Source: Malacoraja senta (Eukaryota). Taken from it: DNA of 64,000 nt. The stretch lies in assembly GCA_038087875.1 (NCBI GenBank), contig CM075995.1, positions 8,806,001 through 8,870,000 of the forward strand. The letters run 5' to 3'. Each line of letters begins with the position of its first letter. Positions within the stretch are counted from its first letter, which is position 1. Below, one piece after another: positions 49,736 through 63,504 of the stretch. A program made the position numbers and the translations under genes. The notes under the pieces are model-generated. The model ran no database searches. It saw nothing but the letters and a program-made list of their open reading frames with translations, and had not been told where the DNA came from.

Positions 49736-52700
49736 GTAAAGGGTCACCAAACCAAATACCATCACCGATAAAGTCCATTCCAATCCATAGGTTGAGATTT
49801 AGTTTAGTTAAGTTTTGCGCTGGATCATGAAGTCTGATGCCAAGAGGGATATTACATAATTAAAGATTTTCCATGCACTAGTTATTTGGTATTGGTTTAT
49901 TATTGTCATATGTACTAAGAAATGTGTGCAATCCAGTCAAAATCCACTAAATACAACAGGCAGTGGATGCATCCCAGACCATTCACACAAACCAACTTCC
50001 CTTCCTTTGACCTCCGTCTACACGCCACACTGCCTCAGCAAGGCCAGCAGCATAATCAAGGACCAGAAGACATTCCCTCTTCTCCTCTCTCCCATCAGGC
50101 AAGAGGTACAAAAGTTTGAAAATGCACACCTCCAGGTTCAGGGACAGTTTCTTTCCAGCTGTTGTCAGGTAACTGAACCATCCCATCAACAACTAGAGCG
50201 CGGTCCTGACCTCCCATCTACCTCATTAGAGACTTTTGAACTATCTTCAATAACCTTCATCAGACGTTATCTTGTATGAAACGTTATTCCCTTTATCCTG
50301 TATCTGTACACTGAGGACGGTTTCACTGTAATCATGTATAGTCTATTCGTTGACTGATTAGCACGCAACAAAAAAGCTTTTTACTATACTTCGGTACAGG
50401 AGACAATAATAAACTAAACTAAACTTGCCGTCATATCAATATGGTTGGACCAGAACAAATTGTTGGTGTTATTTATGCCCGGGAACTTGAAAGTCTTGAC
50501 CATCTCCACCTTGGCATCAGTGATAGTGACTGGGGAGTGTACTGCCTCCCGCTTCCTGATGTCAATAACTAGCTCCTTCATCTTGCTGACATTGAGGAGA
50601 GGTTGTTGTCTTGGCACCATGTTATTATGTTCTCTACCTCTTTCCTGTTCTCCGTCTCGGAGACCTGGCCCACATGGTGGTGTTATCTGTACACTTGAAA
50701 TTGGACAGTGCAGATTTTGGCCGCACAGTCGTAAGTGTATAAGGAGTACAGTTGGGGACTGGAAACATATCCTTGAGGGGCACCGGTGTTGAGAATTATT
50801 GTGGAGGGTGATTTTAGTTTAGAGATGTAACGTGGAAACAGACCCCTTGGGCCCACCGAGGCCATGCTAGCCATCAATCACCCATTCACACGAATTCTAT
50901 GTTATCTCACTTTCTCATCCACTCCCTACAAACTAGGGGGCAATTTTCAGCGGGCCAATTGACCTACAAAGCTGCATGTGTTTTGGATGTGGGAAGAAAC
51001 CAGAGCACCTGGGGGAAACCCACGGGGTTACATGGAGAATGTACAAACTCCACACAGAGACAGCACCCGAGGTCAGGATCGAACCCCCGGTCTCTGGCAG
51101 TGTGAGGCAGTGGCTCTCTCAGCTGTGCTACTGTGCTGCCCTTTTAGTTCAGAGATACAGCATGGAAGCAGGCCCTTTGGCCCATCGAGCCCACTCCGAC
51201 TATCGATCACCCATTCACATTAGTTCTATGTCATCCCACTTTCTCATCCACTCCCTACACACCAGGGGCAATTTACAGCGGGCCGATTAACCTACAAACC
51301 TGCATGTCTTTGGGATGTGGTCGGAAACTACACCCGGAGAAAACCCTCACGGTCACAGGGAGAGCGAGCAAACTCCACACAGGCAGCACCCGAGGTCAGG
51401 ACGGAACCAGGGTCTCTGGAGTGGTGATGCAGTGACCACCAGCTACACTACTGTACCTCAGTCAGTTTGCTGCCTAATCTTACTGATTACGGTCGGTGGG
51501 TCAGGAGGTCCAGTGGCAGAAGGGGGTGCTGACTCCTGAGTCCAGAGGTTTATAAATGCTTTCATGGTGTTGAATGGGAATGTATAAATGGGATCATAGT
51601 GTTGAAGTCAATAAATAGGAGTCTGATAGCGGTGTTCTTGTTAACCAGACTGGAGATGGGGCCCAGAGCACTATGAGTCTCAAGCAAGGGTCCATATGAT
51701 GTCATTGGTTGGCTAGCTGACAAAGATGAGCTATGTGGAATATTAAGAACAAACTTGCAAGTTTAGTTTAGCTTCAGTTTAGTTTATTGTCACGTGTACC
51801 GAGGTATAGTGAAAAGCTTTTGCTGAGTGCTATCCAGTCAGCAGAAAGACAACACATGATTGCAATCAAGCCATTTATAGCCAGTATATAGGTACATGTC
51901 AAAGCAAAAACGTTTAGTACAAGGTAAAGCCAGCAAAGTCCAATCAAGGATAGTCCAAGGGTCACCAATGTGGTAGATAGTAGTTCAGCACTGCTCTCTG
52001 GTTGTGGGATATAAAGTGGGAACAGGCCCCTCGGCCCACTGAGTCCGTGCCGACCATAGATCCCCGTACACTAGTTCTATCCTACACACAAGGGACAATT
52101 TACAAAAGCCAATTAACCTAAAAACCTGTACGTCTTTGGGATGTGAGAGGAAACCGGAGCACCCAGAAAAAACCCACATGGTCACAGGGAACTCACAAAC
52201 TCTGTACAGACAGCACCTATAGTCAGGATCGAACCTGGGTCTCTGGCGCTGTGAGGCAGCAACTCTACCACTGTGCCACCGTGCCACACATCCAATGTTT
52301 GCAAATCATCAAACAGATACATAAAACAGAAACAGATACATGATACTCTGTTCACTACAAGATCTGTGCAGAACAATTAAGCATGGACCTATTCATACAG
52401 CAAAGTTATTCTTTAATGTATGTTATTCATTCATGAAATGCAGGTTCCTCTAGTTGCCCTTGAACCAAGTTGCATGCTAAGCTATTTTTGTCGAGAGTTA
52501 AAAGTCATCATCTTACCATTTTTCCAACATGAACAAGACTAGGTAATGACAGAATACGATCAGGGGACGATCAGCCATGATCATAATGAATGGCGGTGCT
52601 GGCTCGAAGGGCTGAATGGCCTCCTCCTGCACCTATTTTCTATGTTTCTATGTAATATTTCCTTCCATTTCACTGGACCACCGGAGGGTACTAGACATTC

Positions 52701-54489
52701 AGAATCTTTTTCCCCAGGGTGGAATTGTTCAACACCAGAGGGTATAAAGTGAGAGGAGCAAAGTTTAAAGGAGATGTATGGGGTTTTTTTGCACAGAGGG
52801 TGGTGAGTGCTTGGAACGGGCTGCCAGGGATGGTGGTGGACAGATGCGATAGTGGCTTTTAAGAGGCTTTTAGATAGGCAGATGGATATGTAGGGATATG
52901 GATTATGTGCAGGCAGATGGATATTGGTTTTGGCATCATGTTCAGCCCAGATTGAACATGTCTACTCCATATATGCGACTCATGTTCATGTTCAGCCCAG
53001 TCTACTCCATATATGCGACTCAAAATTTTATATACTGCATGGTGGACTCACTGTGGCGGATGTTAAACTGTGTTGAGTGTGTGTTTTGTTATTTTATTCT
53101 ATGTTATGACTGCAAGGTTAAACCATTTCATTGTACTGTAAATGTGCAATGACAATAAAGTTGAATCTAATCTAATCTATATATAATGTATTTATATCAC
53201 TAATGTAATTCATATTTCCAACTGAAATAAACCATTACAAGTCGCTCAAAGAAACCTACCGGATAAAAAAAAGGCCTGGATAAAGTGGACATGGAAAGAA
53301 TGTTCCCAGTAATGAGAGAGTCTAGAACAACAGGGCATACAGCATCTGAATAAACGGATGTACCTTCAGAGTGGAGATGATGGGGGGGGGGGGGGGGGGA
53401 TTGTTTTAGCCAGAGGGTGGTTAAACTGGAATTCATTGCCACAGATGACTGTGGAAGCCAAGTCATTTGGGTATGTTTAAAGCAGAAATTGATAGATTCT
53501 TGATTCATAAGGGAATCAGAGTTAATGGGCAGAAGGCAGGAGAATGGGGTGGAGAGGGAAAGATAGATCAGCCATGAATGAATGGCGGAGCAGACTCGAT
53601 GAGCCGAACGGCCAAATTCTCCTCCTACGTCTTCTGGTCTTATGAAAACTAGACGATTGCGTTTCCAGAAGGGGGAAGGGAGGAGTGAGAGTGAGCACAA
53701 GAGAGCAATTTTACAGGTGAGAGATTGTAATCCTGTTTTCATTTAACAGTCCTGTTTAAAACTGTGATTAACACGAGATTTGATTGAAGTGCTTGACAGT
53801 CCTAATGATTACTATTACCAGCTAATCTAGAACATTCCCCATCCACTGGGTGTGCTTTTGTATATGTTTCGTTGGGTCATAAGGCCAGCCTATGGGTTAC
53901 TAGTCCAGTAACATAACCAGTCTGCTACAATAACCCATGTGTGGTTCAATACTTCACTGTTATTGATGGCACTGTTAACCTCATGCTACATGGAACCCTT
54001 ATTTTGGATATTGTGTTCAGATTTGATCATTAAGTAGGAAAGAGCACAGTGGAGGTTTATGAGGATGTTGCCACTTCTCGAGGGCCTGTGCTCTAGGGAG
54101 AGGTTGAGCAGGATAGGACTTTATTCCTTGTAGTGCAGTAGGATGTGAGGTGATCTTTTAGAGGTATACAAGATCATGAGGAGAATAGATAGGTGTAGAT
54201 GCACAGTCTTTGCCCAGAAGACATAGGGTTAAGGTGAGAGGGGAATGATTTAAACGGAACCTAGGGGGCAACATTTTCACACAGAGCTTGGGCAGGCTAG
54301 GACTTAATTCCTTGTGGAGTGCAGGAGGCTGAGGAGTGATCTTATACTGTAGCATAAAAGCCTGGGTATTGTAGCTATTTTTAATTGATAACAGGCATTA
54401 TTTATATGGAGAGGGTGCAGAGGATGTTTACCAGAATGCTGCCTGGCTTAAAATGTTTCAGTTACAAGGAGAGGTTGGTTGAATTTGGT

Positions 54490-54650
54490 CTGAAGAAGGG
54501 TCCCAACCTGAAACGTCACCTATCCATGTTCTCCACAGATGCTGCCTGACCCGCTAAGTTACTCCAACACTCTGTGAAACGTCACCTATCCATGTTCTCC
54601 ACAGATGCTGCCTGACCCGCTGAGTTCCTCCAGCACTCTGTGAAACGTCA
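54490..54650 (+). repeat. PLE terminal repeat: head plus 2 tandem 66-bp units, inserted in a CR1 fragment
   Basis: ctgaagaagggtcccaacctgaaacgtc followed by two units. Confidence 0.85.
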
Positions 54651-56714
54651 ATATTTTGCGTCTATCTTTGGATAAATTTGGATTGTTTTCTCTGCAATGT
54701 CGGAGGTTGAGGGGACACCTGATAGAAGTATATAAAATTATGAGAGGCATAGAATCTTTCTCCCAGGTGGTAATGTCAAACACAGAAAGGGGTGGTGGGG
54801 GCCTGGAATGCGCTGCCAGGGGTGGTGGTGGAGACAGATACGATAGTAGCTTTCAAGAGGTTTTTGGATAGGCACATGGAGGTGCAGCAAATAGAGGGAT
54901 ATGGATCATGTACAAGCAGATGAGATCAGTTTAACTTCACATCGTGTTCGGCACAGACATTGAGGGCCAAAGGGGCCAGTTCCTGTGCTGTACTGTTCTA
55001 TGGTAGACACAAAATTCTGGAGTAACTCAGCGAGACAGGCAGCATCTCTGGAGAGAAGCATTGGGTGGCGTTTCGGGTCGAGACCCTTCTTCTGTCCTTC
55101 TCTCCAGAGATGCTGCCTGACCCGCTGAGTTACTCCAGAATTTTGTGTCTACCTTTGATTTAAACCAGCATCTGCAGTTCTTTCCTACACTGTACTGTTC
55201 TATGTTCTATTATATAGACTATGAATGGAAAGAATGAAATGTGAATCTTTATTATAAGTACATGTTCTAGGAGCAGAATTAACCATTCAGCCTATCCATT
55301 CAAACATGGCTGATCTATCTTTCTCTCTCAACCACATTCTCCTGCCTTTTCCCCATAAACCCCTGACACCCATATTAACAAGAATCTATCAATCTCCGCC
55401 TTAAAAATATCCATTTACTTGGCCTCCGCAGCCTTCCGTGGTATTGTTTGGTACCACTAGAAAATATATGTTCATAAAATGTATTTATCTACTATTTTGT
55501 TAAGGAACAGACTACCATTTTATATTGATAACTTTGATTCAATGACAAAGAACTTGGAGTATTTATCTTTGCTCCTAGAGGTAATGATATCACCCCCACA
55601 CAGTCTCTGCCAGTCTCTCTATCTCTGCACCAATACATGTAATGATTTATCTGATTGGGTAAACTAAAAGGTGACTTTGAGTTTTAGTATGCTTGCTGTT
55701 CTGGTTTTTACTTTAAGTAAGTGATGTAATGACTTTAGTTTAGTTTAGCTTGGAGATACAGTGTGGAAACAGGCTCTTCGGCCCACCGAGTCCGCACTGA
55801 CCAACAATCACCCGTACACTAGCCCCACTCTCCACATTAGGGACAATTTGTAGAAGCCAATTAACCTACAAACTTGCACGTCCTTGGAGGAGTGTGGGAG
55901 GAAACCGGAGCACCCCGGGAGAAACCCATACGGTCACGGGGAGAACATGCAAACTCTGTACAGACAGCACCTGCAGCCAGGATCGAACCTGGGTCCTTGG
56001 CACTGTGAGGCAGCAACTCTATCGCTGCACCACCGTGCCGACAAGTGATGCAATGGGTCCAGTAATATGTTGTCTTTTAATGTTAAATGAAGCTGATGAT
56101 GAGGAGGTTTACCAGAAAGATGCCTGGATATTAGCTGCCAGGAGTGGTCAATCCAACAGACTTGGATTGTTTTCCCTGGAACACTGGAGGTTGAGTTTGA
56201 GGTATATACAATTCTGACATGCATAGATAAGGTCGACAGTCAGAACCTTTTTCCCAGGGTAAAGAAATCAAATACTAGAGAACATAGCTCTAAAGTGAGA
56301 GAGGCAAAGTTTAAAGGAGATGTGCGGGGCAACGTCTTTACACAGAGAGTGGTGGGTGCCTGGAACGCGCTGCCAGGGGTGATGGTGTAAGCAGATACAA
56401 TAGTGGTGTTTAAGAGGCGCTTCGATAGACCCATGGAGATGCAGGGAATGGAGGGATATGGATTATGTGCAGGTAGATAAGAGTTGGTCTTGGTATCATG
56501 TTCGGTCCAGACATTGTGAACCGAAGGGCCTATTCTTGTTCTAGACTGTTCTATGTTCGATATGTTCTAACTTTAATTATGTGGCAAATATACCGATTTA
56601 TTTGTATATACGTTAGTACACAAACCTGTACATAAAGGAAAATATGAAACATATAAAATGTTTAAATGTATAGAAAAAATTAAACCTGGTATCAGTACCA
56701 AAAAAAGGAGACAG

Positions 56715-57150
56715 AGGAACTGCAGATGTTGGAATCTTGGGTAGAACACAGAGTGCTGGAGTAACTCAGCAGGTCAGGCAGCATCTGTGGAGAACATGGA
56801 TAGGTGACGTTTCACAGAGTGCTGGAGTAACTCAGCGGGTCAGGCAGCATCTGTGGAGAACATGGATAGGTGACGTTTCACAGAGTGCTGGAGTAACTCA
56901 GCGGGTCAGGCAGCATCTGTGGAGAACATGGATAGGTGACGTTTCACAGAGTGCTGGAGTAACTCAGCGGGTCAGGCAGCATCTGTGGAGAACATGGATA
57001 GGTGACGTTTCACAGAGTGCTGGAGTAACTCAGCGGGTCAGGCAGCATCTGTGGTGAACATGCTAGAGTACCGACCTGAAACATCACCTATCCATAACCT
57101 CCAGATCTGCTGCCTAACCCACTAATTTACTCCAGCATTTTGTGTTCTAT
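56715..57150 (-). repeat. 66-bp PLE tandem array (about 4.7 units) with an inverted arm
   Basis: Near-perfect units 56748-57056 in antisense, then a sense fragment at 57073-57148. Confidence 0.9.
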
Positions 57151-58994
57151 ACGGTAGATAGGGCAGTACCAATACGGCAGAAGGTGGATTAAAACTCCCA
57201 GTGAATCTAGTTCCTTAGACCTGCACGTTACTGGACCAGAATTTTGAGATTAAAAATGTCAGATTGACATCTGCTGCCCAAGCGTACAGTTAAAATGATC
57301 TGTCGTATGAGAATATCCTGCTCCTCAGAAAACTGTGGTTATAAACACGTACATGGTTTATGTTTCGGTTTATTATTGTCACGTGAACCGAGGTACAGTG
57401 AATAGCTTTGTTTTACATGCTCGCCAAAGAAATCAGTTACTATACATAAATACAATGACGTGAAGCTCAAGTACAGAAGGTAAAGCAAAGGAGAATATAG
57501 TTCTTGGCATTGTAACGCACCAGAGACAAAGTCCAATGTCCGCAATGGGGTAGAGGTGAATCAGTACCTTGCTTATAGAGGGACCGTTCAGAATCCTGAT
57601 AACAGAGGGGAAGAAGCTGTTCCTGAGTCTGGTGGTGCGCGCTATCAAGCTTCTGTACCTTCTGCCCAATGGGAGCATAGAAAAGAAGGTATGACTAGGC
57701 TGGGAAAAGTCCTTGATTATGTTGTGGAGTTTGGTGTGTGTGATCGTCTGGGCTACATCTACAACTCTGCAATATCTGCAGTCTTGGGCAGAGCTGTTCC
57801 TATACCAAGCTGTGATACAACTGACAGTATGCTTTCTATGGTGCATCTGTAGAAGTTTGTAAGAGTCAATGTAAGAGAACTTGCCGGATTTCCTCAGGTT
57901 TAGGTTTATTAGGGATTCATGGGCCGTTTCTTCCCAGCTGTTATCAAGCAACGGAATCATCCTACCACAACCAGAGAGCAGTCCTGAGCTACTATCTACC
58001 TTATTTGTGACTCTCGGACTATCTTTGATCGGACTTTACTGGCTTTACCTTGCACTATTTCCTTACCCTGTATCTGTACACTGTGGACGGCTCGATTGTA
58101 ATTAGGTATTGTCTTTCAGCTGACTAGGTTGGTTAGCACGCAACAAAAGCTTTTCACTGTACCTCGGTACACGTGACGATAAACTGAACTAAACTGAACT
58201 GAAATTATTGTCACACGTACCAAGGTACAATGAAACCATTTTCTTTGTGTACCATCCGATCAAATTAGATAATACTCTACGTGAATGCAATCAAGCCAAA
58301 CTCAACAACAAAAGGCAGAACAAATTGAATGGAGCTGATGTCCGATTTACAAGTAGAAAGGACATTTAAAAGAGTGGGGCGATTGTATTGGCTGCTAGTA
58401 GATCCTCCACTGGGACCAGCAGGCAAAGATGCACCATGTGTCCGGTGTCATATTTATTTCTGAAGATCAATATTAATTTCCTTGATCCTGCTGAAAATTC
58501 AGATCCATATCTCACTCGACTTTTTTGAAGATGAAACAGACTATTTACAATCTTGGTATCATAATCTTCGTCCTCTACAATAATCCTCATCTCTGTTGCC
58601 CCGCAAGGGTTCATGCGTTCTCAGCGCCCCTTCTTTACTCCATATACACCCACAACTGTGCAGCCAAATAGGAATCTATAACTCAAGTTACAAAGAGGCT
58701 ACACCAAGGCAGCATTGTGGGACAGATATCAAATAATGACGAGACAGAGCCACAGGAAGGAGAACGAGAACCTTGAAACCTGGTGTCAGGACAACAACCT
58801 TTCCTTCAATGTCAGCAAGACAAAGGAGATTGTGATCGCTCAGGAAGTGAAGCAGTACACACATCCTGTTTGTATTGACAGGACCGAAGTACAGAAGGCT
58901 GAAAGCTTGAAGTTCCTTGGAGTAAAAACTTCTGTAAATTGGACATTGTCCCCAGTGTGTAGGATAGTGTTAGTGTACGGAGTGATCGCTGGTT

Positions 58995-60570
58995 ACATAG
59001 AAACATAGAAAATAGGTGCAGTAGGCCATTCGGCCCTTCGAGCCTGCACCGCCATTCGATATGATCATGGCTGATCGTCCAACTCAGTATCCCATCCCTG
59101 CCTTCTCTCCATACCCCCTGATCCCTTTAGCCACAAGGGCCACATCTAACTCCCTCTTAAATATAGCCAATGAACTGGCCTCAACTACCTTCTGTGGCAG
59201 AGAATTCCACAGATTCACCACTCTCTGTGTAAAAAATTATTTTCTCATCTCGGTCCTAAAAGACTTCCCTCTTATCCTTAAACTGTGACCCCTAGTTCTG
59301 GACTTCCCCAACATCGGGAATAATCTTCCTGCATCTAGCCTGTCCAACCCCTTACGAATTTTTTAAGTTTCTATAAGATCCCCTCTCAATCTTCTAAATT
59401 CTAGCGTGTACAAGCCGAGTCTATCCAGTTTTTCTTCATATGAAAGTCCTGCCATCCCAGGAATCAGTCTGGTGAACCTTCTCTGTACTCCCTCTATGGC
59501 AAGAATGTCTTTCCTCAGATTAGGAGACCAAAACTGTACGCAATACTCCAGGTGTGGTCTCACCAAGACCCTGTACAACTGCAGTAGAACCTCCCTACTC
59601 TTATACTCAAATCCTTTTACCATTTGCTTTCTTCACTGCCTGCTGCACCTGCATGCCTACTTTCAATGACTGGTGTACCATGACACCCAGGTCATAGAAA
59701 CATAGAAAGATAGAAAATAGGTGCAGGAGTAGGCCATTCGGCCCTTCGAGCCTGCACCGCCATTCAATATGATCATGGCTGATCATCCAACTCAGTATCC
59801 CGTACCGGCCTTCTCTCCATACCCCCTGATCCCCTTAGCCACAAGGGCCACATCTAACTCCCTCTTAAATATAGCCAATGAACTGGCCTCAACTACCCTC
59901 TGTGGCAGAGAGTTCCAGAGATTCACCACTCTCTGTGTGAAAAAGTTTTTCCTCATCTCGGTCTTAAAGGATTTCCTCCTTATCCTTAAGCTGTGACCCC
60001 TTGTCCTGGACTTCCCCAACATCGGGAACAAGCTTCCTGCATCTAGCCTGTCCAACCCCATAAGAATTTTGTACGTTTCTATAAGATCCCCTCTCAATCT
60101 CCTAAATTCTAGCGAGTATAAGCCAAGTCTATCCAGTCTTTCTTCATATGAAAGTCCTGACATCCCAGGAATCGTTGCATCTCCCCTTTTCCTAATCGGC
60201 CACCATTCAGATAATAGTCTACTTTCCTGTTTTTGCCACCAAAGTGGATAACCTCACATTTATCCACATTATTACTGCATCTGCCATGCATTTGCCCACT
60301 CACCCAACCTATCCAAGTCACCTTGCAGCCTCCTAGCATCCTCCTCACAGCTAACACTGCCCCCCAGCTTCGTGTCATCCGCAAACTTGGAGATGTTGCA
60401 TTCAATTCCCTCATCCAGATCATTAATATATATTGTAAATAGCTGGGGTCCCAGCACTGAGCCTTGCGGTAGGTACCCCACTAGTCACTGTCTGCCATTG
60501 TGAAAAGGACCCGTTTACTCCTACTCTTTGCTTCCTGTCTGCCAGCCAGTTCTCTATCCACATCAATACT
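58995..60570 (-). mobile_element. Two tandem CR1 3' fragments plus an RT fragment
   Basis: Two (catagaaa) tails at about 58996 and 59693; [29 protein letters not shown]. Confidence 0.9.
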
Positions 60571-60654
60571 GACCCTTCGGTGGGCCGAAGGGTCAGTTTC
60601 TGCGCTGTTTGTCTCAAGTCTGAAATCTAAAGTTTTATTTAATAGATTATAGAA

Positions 60655-60997
60655 ACAAGGAACTACAGATGCTGGTTTATAAAAATGGCACAAAATGCTG
60701 GAGTAACTCAGCGGGTCAGGCAGCATCTGTGGAGAACATGGATAGGTGACGTTTCACAGAGTGCTGGAGTAACTCAGCGGGTCAGGCAGCATCTGTGGAG
60801 AACATGGATAGGTGACGTTTCACAGAGTGCTGGAGTAACTCAGCGGGTCAGGCAGCATCTGTGGAGAACATGGATAGGTGACGTTTCGGGTCCGCATCCT
60901 TCTTCGGACTCTGCAGAGTCTAAAACTATCCCTGAAATGATCCATGTTCTCCAGAGATGCTGCCTGACCCGCTGAGTTAGTCCAGCACTTTGTGTCA
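60655..60997 (-). repeat. 66-bp PLE tandem array (3 units plus head) with an inverted arm
   Basis: Antisense units ending gacgtttcgggtccgcatccttcttcggac; sense arm at 60940-60997. Confidence 0.9.
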
Positions 60998-61060
60998 AGT
61001 TTGAATCGATGATGTTCTCCGTTTTAAGTTAACATACTTTCTCTTCTTTCCTTCCCTCAG

Positions 61061-61253
61061 TGGGAACCCATCACAGTGACGTTGGTGGAGAAGGTGCAAA
61101 TAATCGCAGTGATCCTTGGTTGCCTCTTTCTGATAGCAAGTGTGACCTGGCTCTTATGGTCAGCCTTCAGCCCTGCTGCAGTGTGGCAGAGAAGAGACAT
61201 CTTATTTCAGATCTGCTACGGGATGTACGGCTTCATGGACCTTGTTTGCGTAG
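61061..61253 (+). CDS. MARCHF11: MARCHF11 exon 3 (transmembrane helices)
   Basis: ctcag| [65 protein letters not shown]|gtacgt. Confidence 0.96.
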
Positions 61254-62321
61254 GTACGTACAATGCGATGAACTCAATATCTGTATCGTAAAGCCTGGCA
61301 ATTGACAGTGCTGGTAGGAGCGTTTGACGACACTGGTCCCTGTACCCGCTGGAGTTTAGATGGATGAGGGGGGGGGCCTCATTGAAACTTACCGAGTAGA
61401 GTGGATGTGGAGAGGATGTTTCCACTAGTGGGAGAGTCTAGGAACAGAAGCCAGAGCCCCAGAATTAAAGGACATAACATTAGAATGGCGATGAGGAGGA
61501 ATTTATTTAGCCAGACGGTGGTGAAGCTGTGGAATTCATTGACACCGACGGCTGTGGAGGCCGTTATTGGGTATTTTAAAGGTGGAGATCTACAGATTCC
61601 TGATTATAAGGCTGTCCAGGGTTACAGGGAGAAAGCAGAAGAATGGTGGTTGAGAGTGAAAGATAGATCAGCCATGATTGAATAGCGGAGTAGACTTGAT
61701 GGGCCGAATAGCCTAATATTGCTCCTTAGAGTTATGAACTTTGGAGATACAGCGTGGAATCAGGCCCTTTAGCCCACCGAGTCCACGCTGACCAGCGATC
61801 ATCCCGTACTATCCTACACACAAGGAACATTTTATATTTGTTACCAAACCCAATTAACCTACAAACCTGTACGCCTTTGGAGTGTGGAAGAAAGCAGAGC
61901 ACCCGGAGAAAACCCACGTGTCATATCCATGTTCTTCAGAGATGCAGCCTAACCTGCTGAGTTACTCCAGCACATTGTGTCCTTCTGTGTATTAACCAGT
62001 ATCTGCAGTTCCTTCTTTCAACATTTTGAAATTAATGAACACCTGTTAGTTTAGTTTAGAGATACAGCATGGAAACAGGCCCTTCGGCCCACGCCGACCG
62101 GCCATCCTAGAACACTAGTTCTCATCCACTCATCCTACACACGAGGGGGCCAATTAACCTACAAACCCGCACGTCTTTGGGATGTGGGAGGAATCCGGAG
62201 GAAACTCTTGCTGTCACGGAGAACGTGCGAGCTCCACACCAGGTCAGGATTGAACCGGGGTCTCTGGTGCTGTGAGGCAGCGACTCTACTGCTGCACCAT
62301 GGTGCCTGTGATCACCATGTG

Positions 62322-62810
62322 GTAGACAAAAATGCTGGAGTAACTCAGCGGGTCAGGCAGCATCGGTGGAGAACATGGATAGGTGACGTTTCACAGAGTG
62401 CTGGAGTAACTCAGCGGGTCAGGCAGCATCTGTGGAGAACATGGATAGGTGACGTTTCACAGAGTGCTGGAGTAACTCAGCGGGTCAGGCAGCATCTGTG
62501 GAGAACATGGATAGGTGACGTTTCACAGAGTGCTGGAGTAACTCAGCGGGTCAGGCAGCATCTGTGGAGAACATGGATAGGTGATGTTTCACAGAGTGCT
62601 GGAGTAACTCAGCGGGTCAGGCAGCACCTGTGGAGAACATGGATAGGTGACGTTTCACAGAGTGCTGGAGTAACTCAGCGGGTCAGGCAGCATCTGTGGA
62701 GAACATGGATAGGTGACGTTTCACAGAGTGCTGGAGTAACTCAGCGGGTCAGGCAGCATCTGTGGAGAACATGGATAGGTGACGTCTCGGATCGAGACCC
62801 TTCCACTGAC
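62322..62810 (-). repeat. 66-bp PLE tandem array (7 units plus degenerate head)
   Basis: Seven near-identical antisense units ending about 28 nt before MARCHF11 exon 4. Confidence 0.92.
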
Positions 62811-62837
62811 TGGATAATCTGATACCTTTCTCCACAG

Positions 62838-63163
62838 GACTGATAATTCACGAAGGAACAGCAATCTATCGGGTGTTCAAACGCTGGAGGGCTGTGAATC
62901 TGCACTGGACGGTGTTGAATTACGACAAATCGAAAGATTTGGAAGTCAGCAGTGGCACGGCCGAGCGAACGGCCAGCCAGAACTTTTGGTCGTCGCTGAA
63001 CCAGATGGGTAGGCAGCGGCCGGCAGCTTCCACCAGGCTGATGACAGAACAGTTCCAATGCAGCTATACCTTGTTGCATCTACTCACTCGCCTCAGGCCA
63101 CACGATGAGGACGATGACGACAACAGCTCTGCCGAGGTGGTCATGAGGGTAACGACGGTATGA
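62838..63163 (+). CDS. MARCHF11: MARCHF11 final exon
   Basis: acag| (G)LIIHEGTAIYRVFKRWRAVNLHWTVLNYDK...CSYTLLHL...EVVMRVTTV*. Contains a YxxL motif (63065-63076) and a PDZ-type C-terminus. Total 1083 nt, 360 aa. Confidence 0.96.
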
Positions 63164-63284
63164 AAGTGTGCTCCTCATGTCCAGAGAACTCACCTAATAC
63201 ATATGTTTATTCCTGCCTTTGTACGCCCACATCAAACAAGTATACGGGATAAAGAAATGTAATATATTTAAAAATCCTTTTATA

Positions 63285-63290
63285 AATAAA
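63285..63290 (+). terminator. Candidate MARCHF11 polyadenylation signal (AATAAA)
   Basis: AATAAA about 120 nt after the stop, with a GT/T-rich stretch downstream. Confidence 0.55.
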
Positions 63291-63504
63291 ATGCGTGTAC
63301 TTTTGATATGGTGCATACCTACCAGTGTAATATATATATATTTTTAAGACATTAAAAATGTTGGTTGATTTCTGTCTATAACTTAATATATTAGTCAAAT
63401 GGTTTTTCTTTCACGCTGATCATTGTTTTAAAAGACAAAACATGGCAAAATACATTCCTGAATTGTAATATGGCCGGTCAAAGTTCCTAATTATCACATA
63501 GAAA

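Noticed and set aside
56748..57056. CRISPR-like appearance of the 66-bp arrays and of the 45780-46110 array
   Set aside because: Eukaryotic context and no cas genes; the 66-bp units have no unique spacers, and the 45.8-kb repeats are too degenerate and irregular
62184..62822. ORF with 22-aa repeats QSAGVTQRVRQHLWRTWIGDVS (also at 56737, 60685, 26723 and 16627)
   Set aside because: Antisense reading of the 66-bp PLE repeat; open only because the unit is a multiple of 3 and lacks a stop in that frame
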